A stretch of 52,813 nucleotides of DNA from an uncultured Methanosarcinales archaeon (GCA_964454865.1 CAYVTQ010000003.1:1-52813); one strand, 5' to 3'; numbered from the stretch's first letter, positions 18,801 through 29,000 are shown. Notes: generated from the sequence alone by a model not told the origin. A program made the numbers and translations.

Positions 18801-19065
18801 AAAAGCTGCAATGCTGCACTGGCCCCTTCGGAAGAAAGAGCCCAATGCGCTGACATACATACAGGAAGGAAAAATAGATCTGGTGATAAATATCCCGAAA
18901 ACTCTTGAAGAGGCGGAGCTGGAGAATGATTATATAATAAGAAGAAAGGCAGTGGACTTTAATGTGCCATTGCTGACAAATGCGCAGCTTGCCAAATTGT
19001 TTGTCGAGTCCATTTCAAATAAGAAAATTGAGGAGCTGGAGATTAGAAGCTGGGAGGAGTATTAG
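15856..19065 (+). CDS. carB: Carbamoyl-phosphate synthase large subunit
   Basis: GQAGEFDYSGSQ, duplicated ATP-grasp halves and a C-terminal MGS-like domain. 1069 aa. Confidence 0.95.
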   Translation: MTKPKKVLVLGSGSLKIGQAGEFDYSGSQCLKALREEGIKTILINPNIATIQTSEGMADKIYFLPVTPFFVEKVIEKEKPDGIMLSFGGQTALNCGVELADSGAFEKNNVRVLGTQIQTIKDTEDRDLFVKKLNEVKLKTPKSKAVESINEAIKTASNIGYPVMIRAAYALGGQGSGTAENEEKLREIAKRAFSYSKQILVEEYLGGWKEIEYEVVRDSYDNCITVCNMENFDPMGIHTGESIVVAPSQTLTNSEYHKLREISIKVIRHLGIVGECNIQYALDPNSEDYRIIEVNARLSRSSALASKATGYQLAFVAAKLALGYSLAELENSITKATKSCFEPALDYIVVKMPRWDMEKFRNVSFTIGSEMKSVGEVMAIGRKFEEALQKAIRMLGMGFHGLVANNTGLSGIDNIKNELRNPTDKRLLVIVDALKKNFSVDEIHELTKIDRWFLYKIENALETERELKKYDMGSIPKDVLRNAKEQGFSDFQIAKITSSEKSDLQKKALEARNLRKKYGILPCIKQIDTLAAEYPAKTNYLYMTYNGSGDDISFGNKKSIIVLGSGAYRIGSSVEFDWCCVNAASTAKEMGYNSIMINCNPETVSTDYDICDRLYFEELTFERVLDIYEKENPDGIIISMGGQVPNNLAMKLHRQNARILGTGPLSIDSAEDRHKFSALLDRLGVDQPEWTEAKSMNEAEKFADKAGYPVLIRPSYVLSGAAMSVASNRKELEDYLEKAAKVSKEHPVVISKFITNAKEIEIDAVADKGSILIYAISEHIENAGVHSGDATLVLPPQFTYIETIKRIKGIAKKIAKSLEITGPFNIQFIAKQNDIKVIECNLRASRSFPFVSKVTKHNFIGIATKAIMGSAPKQKYNTLDFDYVGVKSPQFSFSRLHGADPLLSVEMASTGEVGCMGDDIYDAFLKSILSVGFKMPKKTILLSTGPIKDKAYLLESIRKLYEMGFELYATKGTSKFLEKNGIKAAMLHWPLRKKEPNALTYIQEGKIDLVINIPKTLEEAELENDYIIRRKAVDFNVPLLTNAQLAKLFVESISNKKIEELEIRSWEEY

Positions 19066-19083
19066 GTAATACAATACTTGTAA

Positions 19084-19112
19084 GATTACAATTTATGAAA
19101 TAAATTGTAATC
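19084..19112. terminator. Perfect 12-bp hairpin downstream of carB
   Basis: GATTACAATTTA-tgaaa-TAAATTGTAATC. Its 3' arm overlaps the first bases of repeat copy B. Confidence 0.4.
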
Positions 19113-19209
19113 TCGGACACAAATAATTGATTGAGAATACTTTGTGTCCTCCTGATATAGTGGCGGAATAATTATTGCTCAATTATTTAGTTCCGCCACT
19201 ATATATTCT
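19108..19209. repeat. Structured short repeat, family 1, copy B
   Basis: About 90 percent identical to 512-609 outside one loop (hand alignment). Supplies the last codons and stop of the 484-aa ORF on the minus strand. Confidence 0.8.
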
Positions 19210-20637
19210 TGTTGGATTGTAAGCAGGAATCGTTAATTTTGAGAGTGAAGATTCATAAAGACTTGGAGGTATTGCTCCAACTAATCTCCTGACCAGACTA
19301 TCACCGGCAAGTTCTTCTTTCCTCCTGCTTACTTCTCTTTTGAATGACCTAGCTTCTTCTTTTCCCAATGGATGAACCTCCATAAGTTTTGCAAGGAAAT
19401 CGTTAGTATCATCTGCGTCATGGCGTGGCTTTTCCAGCCTATTCAACATCAAGTCTGGGTCTATATTAACAATAATAGCCCCATCTTCAGTGGGCTGGTA
19501 ACAATAATGAACAACTTGCCTTTCTTCCTTATCTTCAAATAATCCATATCCTTGTGCAGTTCCAAGATATCTGGCAACCGCCAAGGAATCCAATGGCAAA
19601 TCTCTCAGAGACTTAACCCATGTCCTTAGATAGTATACATCACCATTATCAGTTTCAACTACTTTTAAATTAGGGGTTATCCGAGGTGTACCTTCTAAAT
19701 AAAGATTTTCCAAAGCAGCCAACAAATAAGGTTCCGGTAGGAATAAAAATTTTTTCATATCGATTTCGACGCTTTGGTGGCTGCCTGTCAGCAAGCCCAA
19801 GTAATGATGCTTATTTATATGCCCTCTGTACTTGCTAAGTTGAGGCGCGCTAAATTCCTCGTCATACGTTCTTCCAACCCTCATAACAATAACAAATGAG
19901 TCCTGTATTAGGTAGACTACGTTTGGCTCCTTAGTCATGCCTTTCCGAAAATTGGTCCTGTATTGGACTTCAAAAGGAGTTATTCTGCCATCATCAGTTT
20001 TTGCAACAGCGATAATATCTTTTGGAAGCGCACGCTTATATCTATCCACAACTTCTTCCAATGGTGCTTGCTTCCAAACAAAACTTTCACGAGTAACCCT
20101 GTCATGAGAAGCGTCAAGACCTCCAGTGTTCCAATCAATTAAAAATTTTAAACCATCATATCCTTTAAAAATATCCGCAGGGGATATTGGCTTAGGGCCA
20201 CTAAAAAATCCCATTTCCCTGACAGAGCTGAAAGCATGGCTATCATTAAATTGAGGGTTAAGATTTGTTAAAGAATGGCTTTTAATTGTTTCAGCGATTC
20301 TGCGCACCAATTCATCAGTGTTTTCTGTATTGCCATTGCCGGCATGATATCTTCCAATTATGATACTTGCGTTTGGAGCAATAAATCCGCCATTAAACTG
20401 GATTCCTCCGTTAACCACCAAGTCTGCAGGCTGACCAAATGATGTAGTGTCAACTAGAGTTATCTTTTCTCTAGGCTGAGGCAAAGCTGAAGCTACCTTT
20501 TCTGCCAAATAATCCGGCAAAAATATCCTTACTTCAGTTTTGCCTATACCCATCTTTCCGCCATCAAAGGCGACCCCCACTTCTTCAAAGGTGCGAATCT
20601 TATCCGCAACGCTTGATTCTATAAGTGCTTCCCCCAT
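19183..20637 (-). CDS. Hypothetical protein (484 aa)
   Basis: Long ORF with no family recognised. The C-terminal ...IYSGGTK-stop is encoded by the family-1 repeat. Confidence 0.6.
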   Translation of the reverse strand: MGEALIESSVADKIRTFEEVGVAFDGGKMGIGKTEVRIFLPDYLAEKVASALPQPREKITLVDTTSFGQPADLVVNGGIQFNGGFIAPNASIIIGRYHAGNGNTENTDELVRRIAETIKSHSLTNLNPQFNDSHAFSSVREMGFFSGPKPISPADIFKGYDGLKFLIDWNTGGLDASHDRVTRESFVWKQAPLEEVVDRYKRALPKDIIAVAKTDDGRITPFEVQYRTNFRKGMTKEPNVVYLIQDSFVIVMRVGRTYDEEFSAPQLSKYRGHINKHHYLGLLTGSHQSVEIDMKKFLFLPEPYLLAALENLYLEGTPRITPNLKVVETDNGDVYYLRTWVKSLRDLPLDSLAVARYLGTAQGYGLFEDKEERQVVHYCYQPTEDGAIIVNIDPDLMLNRLEKPRHDADDTNDFLAKLMEVHPLGKEEARSFKREVSRRKEELAGDSLVRRLVGAIPPSLYESSLSKLTIPAYNPTRIYSGGTK

Positions 20638-20752
20638 TTTTAGCCTATTCCTTATAGATTATATAACTAATATTTATTTCTTGCATTTTAAATGCCTATT
20701 TAAACCTTTCTAATTTTTTAACTTTTAAGTAGTAAAATAATTATCCATCACA

Positions 20753-20762
20753 TTTAAATATA
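20753..20762 (+). promoter_or_regulatory. TATA-box candidate upstream of ribD
   Basis: ACATTTAAATATAAC, the same 14-mer core as upstream of ribB. About 60 nt from the ATG. Confidence 0.4.
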
Positions 20763-20822
20763 ACCTTCTCCTGAACAATTCAATTTTGGGGTGGAATTTG
20801 ATTGATATCTCATAAAAAATAC

Positions 20823-21872
20823 ATGGATTTGGCCTTAAAGCTTGCTGAAAAGGGCAGGGGCACTACAAGCCCCAACCCGATGGTCGGCTGCGTTGTTGTG
20901 AAAAGAGGCAAAATAATAGGAAAAGGCCATCATAAGAAAGCCGGAGAGGACCATGCCGAGGTTATAGCTATAAATCAGGCGGGCAAAAAAGCCAACAATG
21001 CCACTTTGTATGTCAATCTGGAGCCGTGCTCGCACTGGGGCAAGACGCCGCCCTGCACTGAGAAGATAGTTGACTCCGGCATAAGGGAAGTCATCATAGG
21101 CTGCCATGACCCAAATCCCCTTGTTGAAGGCTTTAAGGAATTGAAATTCCGCGGAATAAAGTCAAAAATCGGAATTCTTGGAGAGGAAGCTGAAAAGCTG
21201 AATGAAGTGTACATGAAATACATGAAAAAGAAGATACCTTTTGTCACAATAAAGGTAGCCATGAGCGCGGACGGCAGGATTGCAACTTCCACCGGAGATT
21301 CCAGGTATATAACAAGTGTCGAAGCAAGAAAGATTGTGCATAAATTGAGGACTGAAGCTGACGCAATTCTGGTGGGAGTCAACACAGTCATAAGGGACAA
21401 TCCCCAATTGACCCCCAGGTTAGTCGAAGGAAAAAACCCTTTGAAGATAGTTGTCGACAGCACGCTAAAAATGCCGGATAAATGCAACCTGATGAAGGAG
21501 CCTTCAAAGCTCCTTATAGCCACCACTTCCAAGGCGCCTAAGGCAAAGCTCAACAGCCTGCACCAGAAAGGAGTGAGCATTGTTGTGCTGAAGCAAAAGG
21601 ACGGCATGGTTGACCTGAGGCAGCTTATGGAAGAGCTGGGAAAGAGAGAAATCACGAGCGTGATGATTGAAGGCGGAACAGAAGTCAACAGCTCTGCAAT
21701 AAAGGCTGGCATTGCCGACAAGATAATCATCTTTGCAGCGCCGAAGATAATAGGAAACGGCAAGGGCGCAATCGGAAACCTTGGCATAACGAAGATAGAC
21801 AAGGCGATAAAGCTCAAGGATATCAGGACAGAAAAAGCTGGAAACGACCTTATGATTGAGGGGTATCTTTAG
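20823..21872 (+). CDS. ribD: Bifunctional riboflavin biosynthesis protein RibD (deaminase/reductase), bacterial type
   Basis: CDA zinc motif HAEVIAI...PCSHWGKTPPC, then a reductase domain. Start set at the ATG giving MDLALKLAEKG. Confidence 0.9.
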   Translation: MDLALKLAEKGRGTTSPNPMVGCVVVKRGKIIGKGHHKKAGEDHAEVIAINQAGKKANNATLYVNLEPCSHWGKTPPCTEKIVDSGIREVIIGCHDPNPLVEGFKELKFRGIKSKIGILGEEAEKLNEVYMKYMKKKIPFVTIKVAMSADGRIATSTGDSRYITSVEARKIVHKLRTEADAILVGVNTVIRDNPQLTPRLVEGKNPLKIVVDSTLKMPDKCNLMKEPSKLLIATTSKAPKAKLNSLHQKGVSIVVLKQKDGMVDLRQLMEELGKREITSVMIEGGTEVNSSAIKAGIADKIIIFAAPKIIGNGKGAIGNLGITKIDKAIKLKDIRTEKAGNDLMIEGYL

Positions 21873-21920
21873 ATATCCTCACCCACAAAAATAGGTATGT
21901 TACTTGTGGCTTCGGGAATA

Positions 21921-21966
21921 GTCGACAACAAAATTACATAAACCCCAAATTATTTTGTTGGCCGAC
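21921..21966. terminator. Hairpin between convergent ribD and the 169-aa ORF
   Basis: GTCG-a-CAACAAAAT ... ATTTTGTTG-gc-CGAC (9+4 bp). Confidence 0.45.
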
Positions 21967-21983
21967 TACATTCTGGATTATCA

Positions 21984-22493
21984 CTAGCGATAATAATAAA
22001 ATCTTCTGCCTTTTACTCTTGTCTTAGGCTTTACTTCTTTGTCCCTCTCTTTCCTAGTAGAATATGGATTTTCAACAACCATATCAAATTTAGAGGATAT
22101 GTCTTCCACATCTTTTCTTAAGAGATTAGGGTTAAATATCAAAACATTTACATCAACATTTCTTCCCAATAGCTCCTGAGAACTATTATTGCCTGCTCCA
22201 ATATCCGCATTAGGAGTTACCATATGCAAAATTAAGTAGTTGTATACTGATAAAGGTCGTTCCAGAAGATGCACCGGGCGCTCAAATTCATCTGTAAAAT
22301 CCGCTCTAAACCCCTTACTTGCCATTGCTTCAATCGATTTTTGTGAAAAATAAGTTTTGCCATGGTCTGCCGAGTTTAAAGAAATGTTATGCTCAACAGT
22401 AGGAGAATGCACAGCTACAACAATTGGCTTTTGCTTATGTGCATCATAATCATTTAATAATTTCCCTATCCTCCGTTCAATCGTTAGGTACAT
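21984..22493 (-). CDS. Hypothetical protein (169 aa)
   Basis: ORF track. No family recognised. Confidence 0.5.
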   Translation of the reverse strand: MYLTIERRIGKLLNDYDAHKQKPIVVAVHSPTVEHNISLNSADHGKTYFSQKSIEAMASKGFRADFTDEFERPVHLLERPLSVYNYLILHMVTPNADIGAGNNSSQELLGRNVDVNVLIFNPNLLRKDVEDISSKFDMVVENPYSTRKERDKEVKPKTRVKGRRFYYYR

Positions 22494-22603
22494 GGCAGAA
22501 TTAATCCGATGACAACTATTTATTCTTTTCTATTTTTACCACTTTATAATAGCAACAAACCGAAAGCTTTATAAACCATTATCTGCTAAACAACCATAAT
22601 ACA

Positions 22604-22613
22604 TTTAAATATA
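22604..22613 (+). promoter_or_regulatory. TATA-box candidate for ribB (near-leaderless)
   Basis: ACATTTAAATATAAG lies 21-30 nt upstream of ATG 22634. A second BRE/TATA-like site, CCGAAAGCTTTATAAA, is at 22560-22575. Confidence 0.45.
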
Positions 22614-22633
22614 AGCGATTCTGCCATACGCAG

Positions 22634-23305
22634 ATGAACGGCGTATTGCAGTTTTCAACAATAAAGGATGCTATAGCAGACATAAAATCAGGCAAGTTTG
22701 TTATAGTCATCGATGATGAGGGCAGGGAAAACGAGGGGGATTTAGTCATCGCTGCAGATAAAGCAACTCCCGATAAGATAAATTTTATGCTGAAGCACGG
22801 CAGAGGACTTATATGCATGCCGGTCATCGGGAAAAGGCTGGATGAGCTTAAACTGCCTCAAATGGTCATGCCAAATGGGCATACCGGGCATTGCGCATTC
22901 ACAATCTCAATTGATGCCGCGAAGGGCACGACAACAGGTGTGTCTGCCTTTGACAGGGCAGCGACCGTCAAGGCTGTTTTGGATCCAAGGACAATGCCTG
23001 AAGAGCTGAAAAGGCCGGGGCATATGTTCCCTTTAAGATACCAGGATGGCGGAGTGCTGATAAGGCAGGGGCATACAGAAGCATCCGTTGACCTTGCAAT
23101 GCTCGCGGGATTATACCCTGCTGCCGTAATATGCGAGATTTTGGATGAAGACGGCAGGGTTGCTAAATACGGCAGGCTGATGGAGTTTTCAAAAATACAC
23201 AGCATCAGGATTATTTCAGTTAACGACTTGATTGAATACAGGAAAAATGGAGAGCAGAATATCATGGCTGATAGCGGGAATATCGTTGCTGGCAGCGATA
23301 GCTAG
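22634..23305 (+). CDS. ribB: 3,4-dihydroxy-2-butanone 4-phosphate synthase
   Basis: Motifs VIDDEGRENEGDLVIAADK, HGRGLICMP and GHTEASVDL. Confidence 0.9.
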   Translation: MNGVLQFSTIKDAIADIKSGKFVIVIDDEGRENEGDLVIAADKATPDKINFMLKHGRGLICMPVIGKRLDELKLPQMVMPNGHTGHCAFTISIDAAKGTTTGVSAFDRAATVKAVLDPRTMPEELKRPGHMFPLRYQDGGVLIRQGHTEASVDLAMLAGLYPAAVICEILDEDGRVAKYGRLMEFSKIHSIRIISVNDLIEYRKNGEQNIMADSGNIVAGSDS

Positions 23306-23696
23306 CGTTTTGCTCCTACTGGTTTCTAATGGCGATGAGCCTTCACAAGCCTATGCCAAGGCAGCTTCTGATTCAAAGGCGCTTGTTTTTGAAATAAGCG
23401 GAGAGCCTTTGGCTTATGAAATTGACGAGACAAATCCTTCTGATGAAGCATGGCTTGAGGCAAGAAGGGAAAGAATAAACGAGCTTAATGCAATAAGGTA
23501 CGAGTATAATGCGGAGAATGAAGGCGAGCTGATGGAAGACATAAAGAAATCAGAGAACTGGTCGGTTTACATGAACGGCGAGATTATACAGGGCTATGAC
23601 ATCATAAGAATGGAAAGGGGGGATTTTGCCGAGAAAAATGAGCCGAAGAGGGATGAAGCAAGGTCAAGGGCTGCGTTGGCAAGAGGGTATTATTAG
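23247..23696 (+). CDS. Hypothetical N-terminally membrane-anchored protein
   Basis: MESRISWLIAGISLLAAIASVLLLLV, then an acidic soluble part. Overlaps the ribB 3' end by about 59 nt. The start is uncertain. Confidence 0.45.
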   Translation: MESRISWLIAGISLLAAIASVLLLLVSNGDEPSQAYAKAASDSKALVFEISGEPLAYEIDETNPSDEAWLEARRERINELNAIRYEYNAENEGELMEDIKKSENWSVYMNGEIIQGYDIIRMERGDFAEKNEPKRDEARSRAALARGYY

Positions 23697-23800
23697 GGGT
23701 TTTCTATTGATTTATTTGTAATATTTTGATGCTGATTGTTTTATCTCTTAATTTATCACAATTAATAACAGCTGCGCATGCTTAATTTTCTAAGGTGCCA

Positions 23801-23960
23801 TAATTCAATCCGTCGCTTCGCGACAATTCTACACTCGGCGGAATTTTTACTGCCAAGAAAATTCCGCCTCGAATTTATCTCAATGGTTTTAATAAATTCG
23901 CGAGGCGGAGCGTGTGGCAGACAGCGACGCCTCGCACTATAATTGCCGAAGGCGGATTGA
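23801..23960 (-). mobile_element. MITE-like structured repeat, family 2, copy 2 (full length, inverted orientation)
   Basis: The reverse complement aligns end to end with 13861-14010. TIR is TCAATCCGCC...GACGGATTGA (9 of 10). Confidence 0.7.
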
Positions 23961-24061
23961 GAATAGATCCCACTCAAAAGCCCGTTGCCTATTTTTTAAA
24001 CCGCGGCTAAATGAAAGAAATAAAAATAATATTTATAAATAAATAGATTCTAAATGTAATA

Positions 24062-24892
24062 ATGAATATAAAAGAGCTTTTGTTCGGCACTGCCGGAATA
24101 CCATTAAGCGCGAATCCCAGGACAACTATTGACGGGATAAAGCGTGCAAGAAAGCTTGGTTTGGGCGCCATGGAGCTTGAGTTTGTCAGAAGCGTAAACA
24201 TAACAAGGGAAAAAGCTCCCGAAGTCAGGAAAGCTGCCGAAGAGAGCGACATTATCCTTACATGCCATGCGCCTTATTTCATAAACCTTAATTCACTGGA
24301 AAAGGCAAAGGTAAAAGCAAGCATTGGCAGGATTCTTAATTCCGCGAGAATACTGAGCTTGTGCGGAGGCTACAGCGTTTGCTTCCATCCCGGCTTCTAT
24401 ATGGGGCAGGATGCAAGAAAAGCGTATGGCAATGTCAAGGGCAGTCTGAAGGAGATAATCTCGACTTTGAAGGATGAGGGAATCGATGTATGGGTAAGGC
24501 CCGAGACAACCGGAAAGGAAACACAGTTCGGAAATGTTGATGAGATCCTGCAGCTGAGCCAGGAGCTTGACAATGTGATGCCCTGCGTCGATTTCGCGCA
24601 TTTTCATGCAAGGACGAACGGAAAATACAACAGCTACAAGGAGTTTGCAGGCATTCTTGAGGCGATTGAGAAAAAACTGGGCAGGAAAGGCCTGGAGAAT
24701 ATGCATATCCATATCACGGGGATTGCTTACGGCCCTAAAGGGGAGAAGAACCACCTGAATTTAGAGGATTCTGACTTAAAGTATCATGAATTGCTTAAGG
24801 CTTTGAAGGATTTTAAAGTGAAAGGGGTTGCTATTTCTGAAAGCCCCAATATCGAGGGAGATGCCCTGCTGATGCAAAAGGCTTATAAATAA
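24062..24892 (+). CDS. nfo: Endonuclease IV-like AP endonuclease (TIM barrel, family 2)
   Basis: Motifs HAPYFINL, CFHPG, RPETTGK, DFAHFHA and HIHITG, matching the Endo IV metal-ligand pattern. Confidence 0.75.
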   Translation: MNIKELLFGTAGIPLSANPRTTIDGIKRARKLGLGAMELEFVRSVNITREKAPEVRKAAEESDIILTCHAPYFINLNSLEKAKVKASIGRILNSARILSLCGGYSVCFHPGFYMGQDARKAYGNVKGSLKEIISTLKDEGIDVWVRPETTGKETQFGNVDEILQLSQELDNVMPCVDFAHFHARTNGKYNSYKEFAGILEAIEKKLGRKGLENMHIHITGIAYGPKGEKNHLNLEDSDLKYHELLKALKDFKVKGVAISESPNIEGDALLMQKAYK

Positions 24893-24917
24893 CAATATCA
24901 AAGAAGGATAAAAAGAG

Positions 24918-25247
24918 GTGGTTGAAATAGCAAAAGGAAAAGGCAGGCTGGCAAATAAGGCTAAGGCTTTGTTCGATGTCTACAAGGAAAAATTGTGGGA
25001 TTTGATTGCCAATTTTATTGAAGAAGAGGCTGTAAGGGTCGGGAAATGGGCGGCGAATATAGCCCATTTCAAGCAGAAGATAAGAAAGGCTATTGTGGCT
25101 TTCGCGCTTCTATTCAGCGGCACAACGCTGATTTTGATAGGGCTGGCGGACTATCTTGCAAGAGTGATGTACATAAGCACATATGCCGCATTCATATTTG
25201 TGGGATTTGTGGCGATAATTTTCGGAATAATTTATTACAAGGCTTAG
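24918..25247 (+). CDS. Small membrane protein, unknown function (GTG start)
   Basis: AAGAGGTG SD-like context. Two C-terminal hydrophobic helices. Confidence 0.45.
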   Translation: MVEIAKGKGRLANKAKALFDVYKEKLWDLIANFIEEEAVRVGKWAANIAHFKQKIRKAIVAFALLFSGTTLILIGLADYLARVMYISTYAAFIFVGFVAIIFGIIYYKA

Positions 25248-25260
25248 GTTTATTTTAATA

Positions 25261-25278
25261 CCCGCAGCCTACTGCGGG
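25261..25278. terminator. Bidirectional terminator-like hairpin between convergent genes
   Basis: CCCGCAG-ccta-CTGCGGG, followed by a T-rich run. Confidence 0.5.
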
Positions 25279-25286
25279 ATTCTTAT

Positions 25287-26030
25287 TTATTTCTTAATGC
25301 TATAAACAAGCGCAGAAAGATAATAGCGCACCAATGCAATGTAAGACAGCATTATCAAGCTGGAGAACACGATCCAGTATTGGCGGGAGGAAATCGTGTA
25401 TATGCTGCTTAACAAAACCCCAATTAGGACAATCATGGAATAAGGCAGGATTGTATAAGGGATTCCGGAAAAGCCAAGTTTGAGGCTTTCCCTTATTGCA
25501 GAGATTCTCAGGCTTCTTGTGAAAATAGGGTAAAGTATGCCGGAGAAATAGAGTGACGCGGCTAATATTACAGCCAGGAAAATTATTGCAGCGCCCTGCT
25601 CCATTACGACAAAGCCAAGGATTATTACAGCCAGCACTGACACATTCCAAATTAATTTTACCAGTAAAAATTTTAGTAAGTACTGCCCGGTCATTCTTGC
25701 CTGCGCTGTCAGCGCCCAGATTATGGATTTTGAGAGCGACGAGAAAATCAGCAAAGCCAACAGAAATAATCCGAGAGAGTAGAACAGGAAGTAGTACAAA
25801 TCCTGCGCCTGCCTCGACATTATTTCAAGAGTCGCCTCGTCCAGAAGCTCAAGCCCCGAAGCTGCCAGCTCGTATTTCGCCTTGAGCATTCCAAGCCAGA
25901 ATTCAGCGGCAAGGTACGACAACAAGTAAAAAATGTAGTCTGTCAGCACAATAAATATTATGCTTAAATTTATTTTTTTGAAAGCGCTGATAAGAGCTTC
26001 CCTGTTTAATTTTAGGTATTTGCTGCCCAT
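25287..26030 (-). CDS. Polytopic membrane protein (about 6 TM), last gene of the giant-protein operon
   Basis: ORF track with hydrophobic helices throughout. 18-nt gap after the 1462-aa gene. Confidence 0.6.
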   Translation of the reverse strand: MGSKYLKLNREALISAFKKINLSIIFIVLTDYIFYLLSYLAAEFWLGMLKAKYELAASGLELLDEATLEIMSRQAQDLYYFLFYSLGLFLLALLIFSSLSKSIIWALTAQARMTGQYLLKFLLVKLIWNVSVLAVIILGFVVMEQGAAIIFLAVILAASLYFSGILYPIFTRSLRISAIRESLKLGFSGIPYTILPYSMIVLIGVLLSSIYTISSRQYWIVFSSLIMLSYIALVRYYLSALVYSIKK

Positions 26031-26048
26031 TTTGCCGCCTGCAAAGTC

Positions 26049-29000
26049 CTAAATGCCCCCGGAATACCTTGAGTTGACTTTGGTGTCCTGAGGAGCTGCT
26101 TTAGCTTCCTGCCTTGTTTTTTCTGCTTTTTCCTCCTCGATTGACTTTGCTTTGTCCCCGACTTCCCTGAATGCTGTGCATAATGCATAGTATTTCTCAA
26201 TTCCTTTTAAGTTCCCTCCGGTATAGAACGGGACATCGTCAAACAAAATGCAGGCTTCATCATAATCCAAAGTGTCGGCGAATATTATCGGAGCTGGATT
26301 AGGCTCGTTAGGCTTCATACTGGGGCTGCCATACTGCATGTTCCTCTGCAGCTCGGTGAATTTGTCGTTTTCATTCAGCAATAACGGCCTTTGCAGGAGG
26401 TTTTTTGACCTCAAGCCTATATTGACTCCTACAGTCTTTTTTGCAGTAGGGGGATTTGTCTCTGCCATATTTATCTTGAATGAGATTAAATAGAGGTATT
26501 TATCCACATTTTTGCCCTGATCATCAACAGCAGTATAGGGCTGCTTTGTAGCCTTGATGAAAGCGCCGATATTCGGATAGCCATCAGGAGTTGCTGTGAA
26601 GACAAATCCTTCGTCTGAAGGGGGAAGATCTATTTTCGCCAATTCGCATAATTTTGACTCAAACAAATCCTGCTCCAAAACTATTCCCAAAGCGCTGTTC
26701 TTTTCCATTACCTTCATCCATTCCTTCATCACATCATCCCCTAGGAAATAGGAATATGTATCGCTCAGGAACCTTCCGGTTGGGGCTGATTTTCCCAGTA
26801 TGTCGTCCAGAGCAGCAAAGAATTTCTGCGAGTCCCACTGCCCCCTTGTCAGGAAGTTCCTGCCTTCGGCGTATTTGTCGTGAAAGGTATTCCATGCGGA
26901 TTTTTGATTATCAGTCAATTCTGTTAGCTTGCCATCATCACCGAATTTCTTAGGAGGCTTTCCGTAATTTGGACTGCCCGGAATTAATAAAGTTGGATCG
27001 TGCTGTATTCCTGAAATCTTTATTATTTGATGAGCCTCTCCATCTCGAACTGCACTCATAGTCAAAGTAGCCCTTCCATCAGAGCCCAGCTCGTAATTTG
27101 CATATGTGGGGTCAGTTACTAGTGTATTTGTCTCATCAAAAGCTGATCCCTTTGGCAGCCTTACACTTATAGCCGCAACATAATCATTTCCGCTGGCGTC
27201 CCTTTTCACAGTCCTTGCAACAGACTCTTCTGCTAACACAGTATCACTCCAAAAGCCGTTTGCATCCTGCTTTGGAGGGGTGTTTTTTCCGCTGTAAATT
27301 ATTATTGTTTTTCCCTGGTCAGTCATTTGCTTGACAGCTTTCCCACCCATTACCGCTGTTATTTTCCCATTCGCGAGCAAAACATAATCGTCTTTTGAGC
27401 CTATTTTTGAGAATTTCTTTTTATCGTCTGTTTCTGCTGCAGGAGAAGAATCAAAGTTATTTGATGTTACAGATGTTATTCCAAGTTTGGCGGCTTCTCT
27501 CAAAGCGTCGTCTTTAACAAACTCATCGCCGGGCATCTTTGCATACTCGGCTCCATTCATCTTTATTGACCTTAACATGCCTCTGTCGTCTCTGACATTC
27601 AGATCGACACTTTCAATTTTTGAATAATCAGCAGCGTGATAAAATCTTGCTTTGGGACCAGATTCTATAACTTTGTTTACTCCTGGCTTATATACTTCTG
27701 TTTTTCTTCCTATCTCATTGCCGGCAGAATCTCTCCAAATAGTTTCCAAAGTCATTTGGGCTTCGCTTGAGCTTGGATTATTTTCCAAACCTTTGGCGTT
27801 CTTTATTGTTGATATATACTCTCTTCCCTGAGCAATATGCAGAAAGCTTCTTTCTATTATTGTGTCCTTATCTTCGGATGTTAAGATAGAGATTTGGGCT
27901 AATTTTCCTCCGCCAGGCATATCTACATTAGGAATAAGCTGAAGCGTTGCTTTTCCCTCTTTCAATGGAATTTTATTGCTGCTTCCGTCCCAATTATCCT
28001 TATCAATTTCCTCCGGATTAAGAAGCCTTGCGTCATATGCGAATGATGTTTCAGCAGTTCCATCTTTTTTTGTTAATGTCCTAATACCATCCTTATCAGG
28101 CTTTGAAATAGTTATTGAAGTTATTACCGCATTTTGCGCTGTATCCACCGTCAATACATTCGAGCTGAAATCAGGCTGCTCTCCGGGAGGCTGCGCTGCT
28201 CCCACTACTTGGCCTGGCGCTGATGGAGGGAGCCGAATTCCCCTTATATTGGCCTGCAGCTCCTGATAGCTCTTGGCGCTTGCATCAAATATCATGACAT
28301 GGCCTGGCTTTACAGCCTTAAATTGATTTTTTAATTCAGGAAATCTCGAAGCAAGAGACAGGTATTCTGCTTCTGTCAAGGCAGTTCCCTTATTTGCGCC
28401 TTCAAAGCTGTAATAGATTGTGCCTGATGTTGGATTTGCGATGCCATCTTTCCCCCCGACTTTAACCTGCAATTGGCTAAGCACTCCTTTAAGCTCTGCA
28501 GAAGTCTCAATCCCTTGGGGCTGTCTTTGCTTATCTTTTTCCGCTTCCTTTTCCCTGCGCTGCCTGTCGCGCTCTTGCTTTAGATCGTATTCTGCTTTCT
28601 TTTTATCAATATATTCCTGAACTGCATCCGAATCCTTATTTTTTAAATTAATTAATTCTTCCCGCGTTACATATTTCCTTAGCTCCCTAATCCCGTCTTC
28701 TGTATTTTCCTCTGCAACATTCATAGCCACAGCAGCAAAATCGTCCCCGAATTCATTTTCAAGCTGAGCCATTTTGGCATAATCATTTTTATCAATTCCT
28801 ATCCCTCTTATGTAGGCATCATAATCATCAGGGTCAACTTTATTTTCGCCTGCATATAGTTCTACTATGCCTTCTGTTGTTATTTCGCTGTTAATTGCGC
28901 GATACTGCTGTGCTATCTTATCATTAACGCCATTGGATTCTAATTGTTTCTTGTCCAACCCTTTCAAAAGAGGATTGGGCCATTCTTGAATTGGGGCTTG

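Noticed and set aside
20763-20822. Possible FMN riboswitch in the ribD or ribB leaders
   Set aside because: The leaders are only about 20-60 nt and AT-rich. I see none of the conserved GC-rich RFN core.
20975-21817. 280-aa ORF antisense to ribD
   Set aside because: It lies entirely within, and opposite to, a gene with clear RibD motifs. Its low-complexity Ser/Phe/Leu-rich translation is typical of antisense frames.
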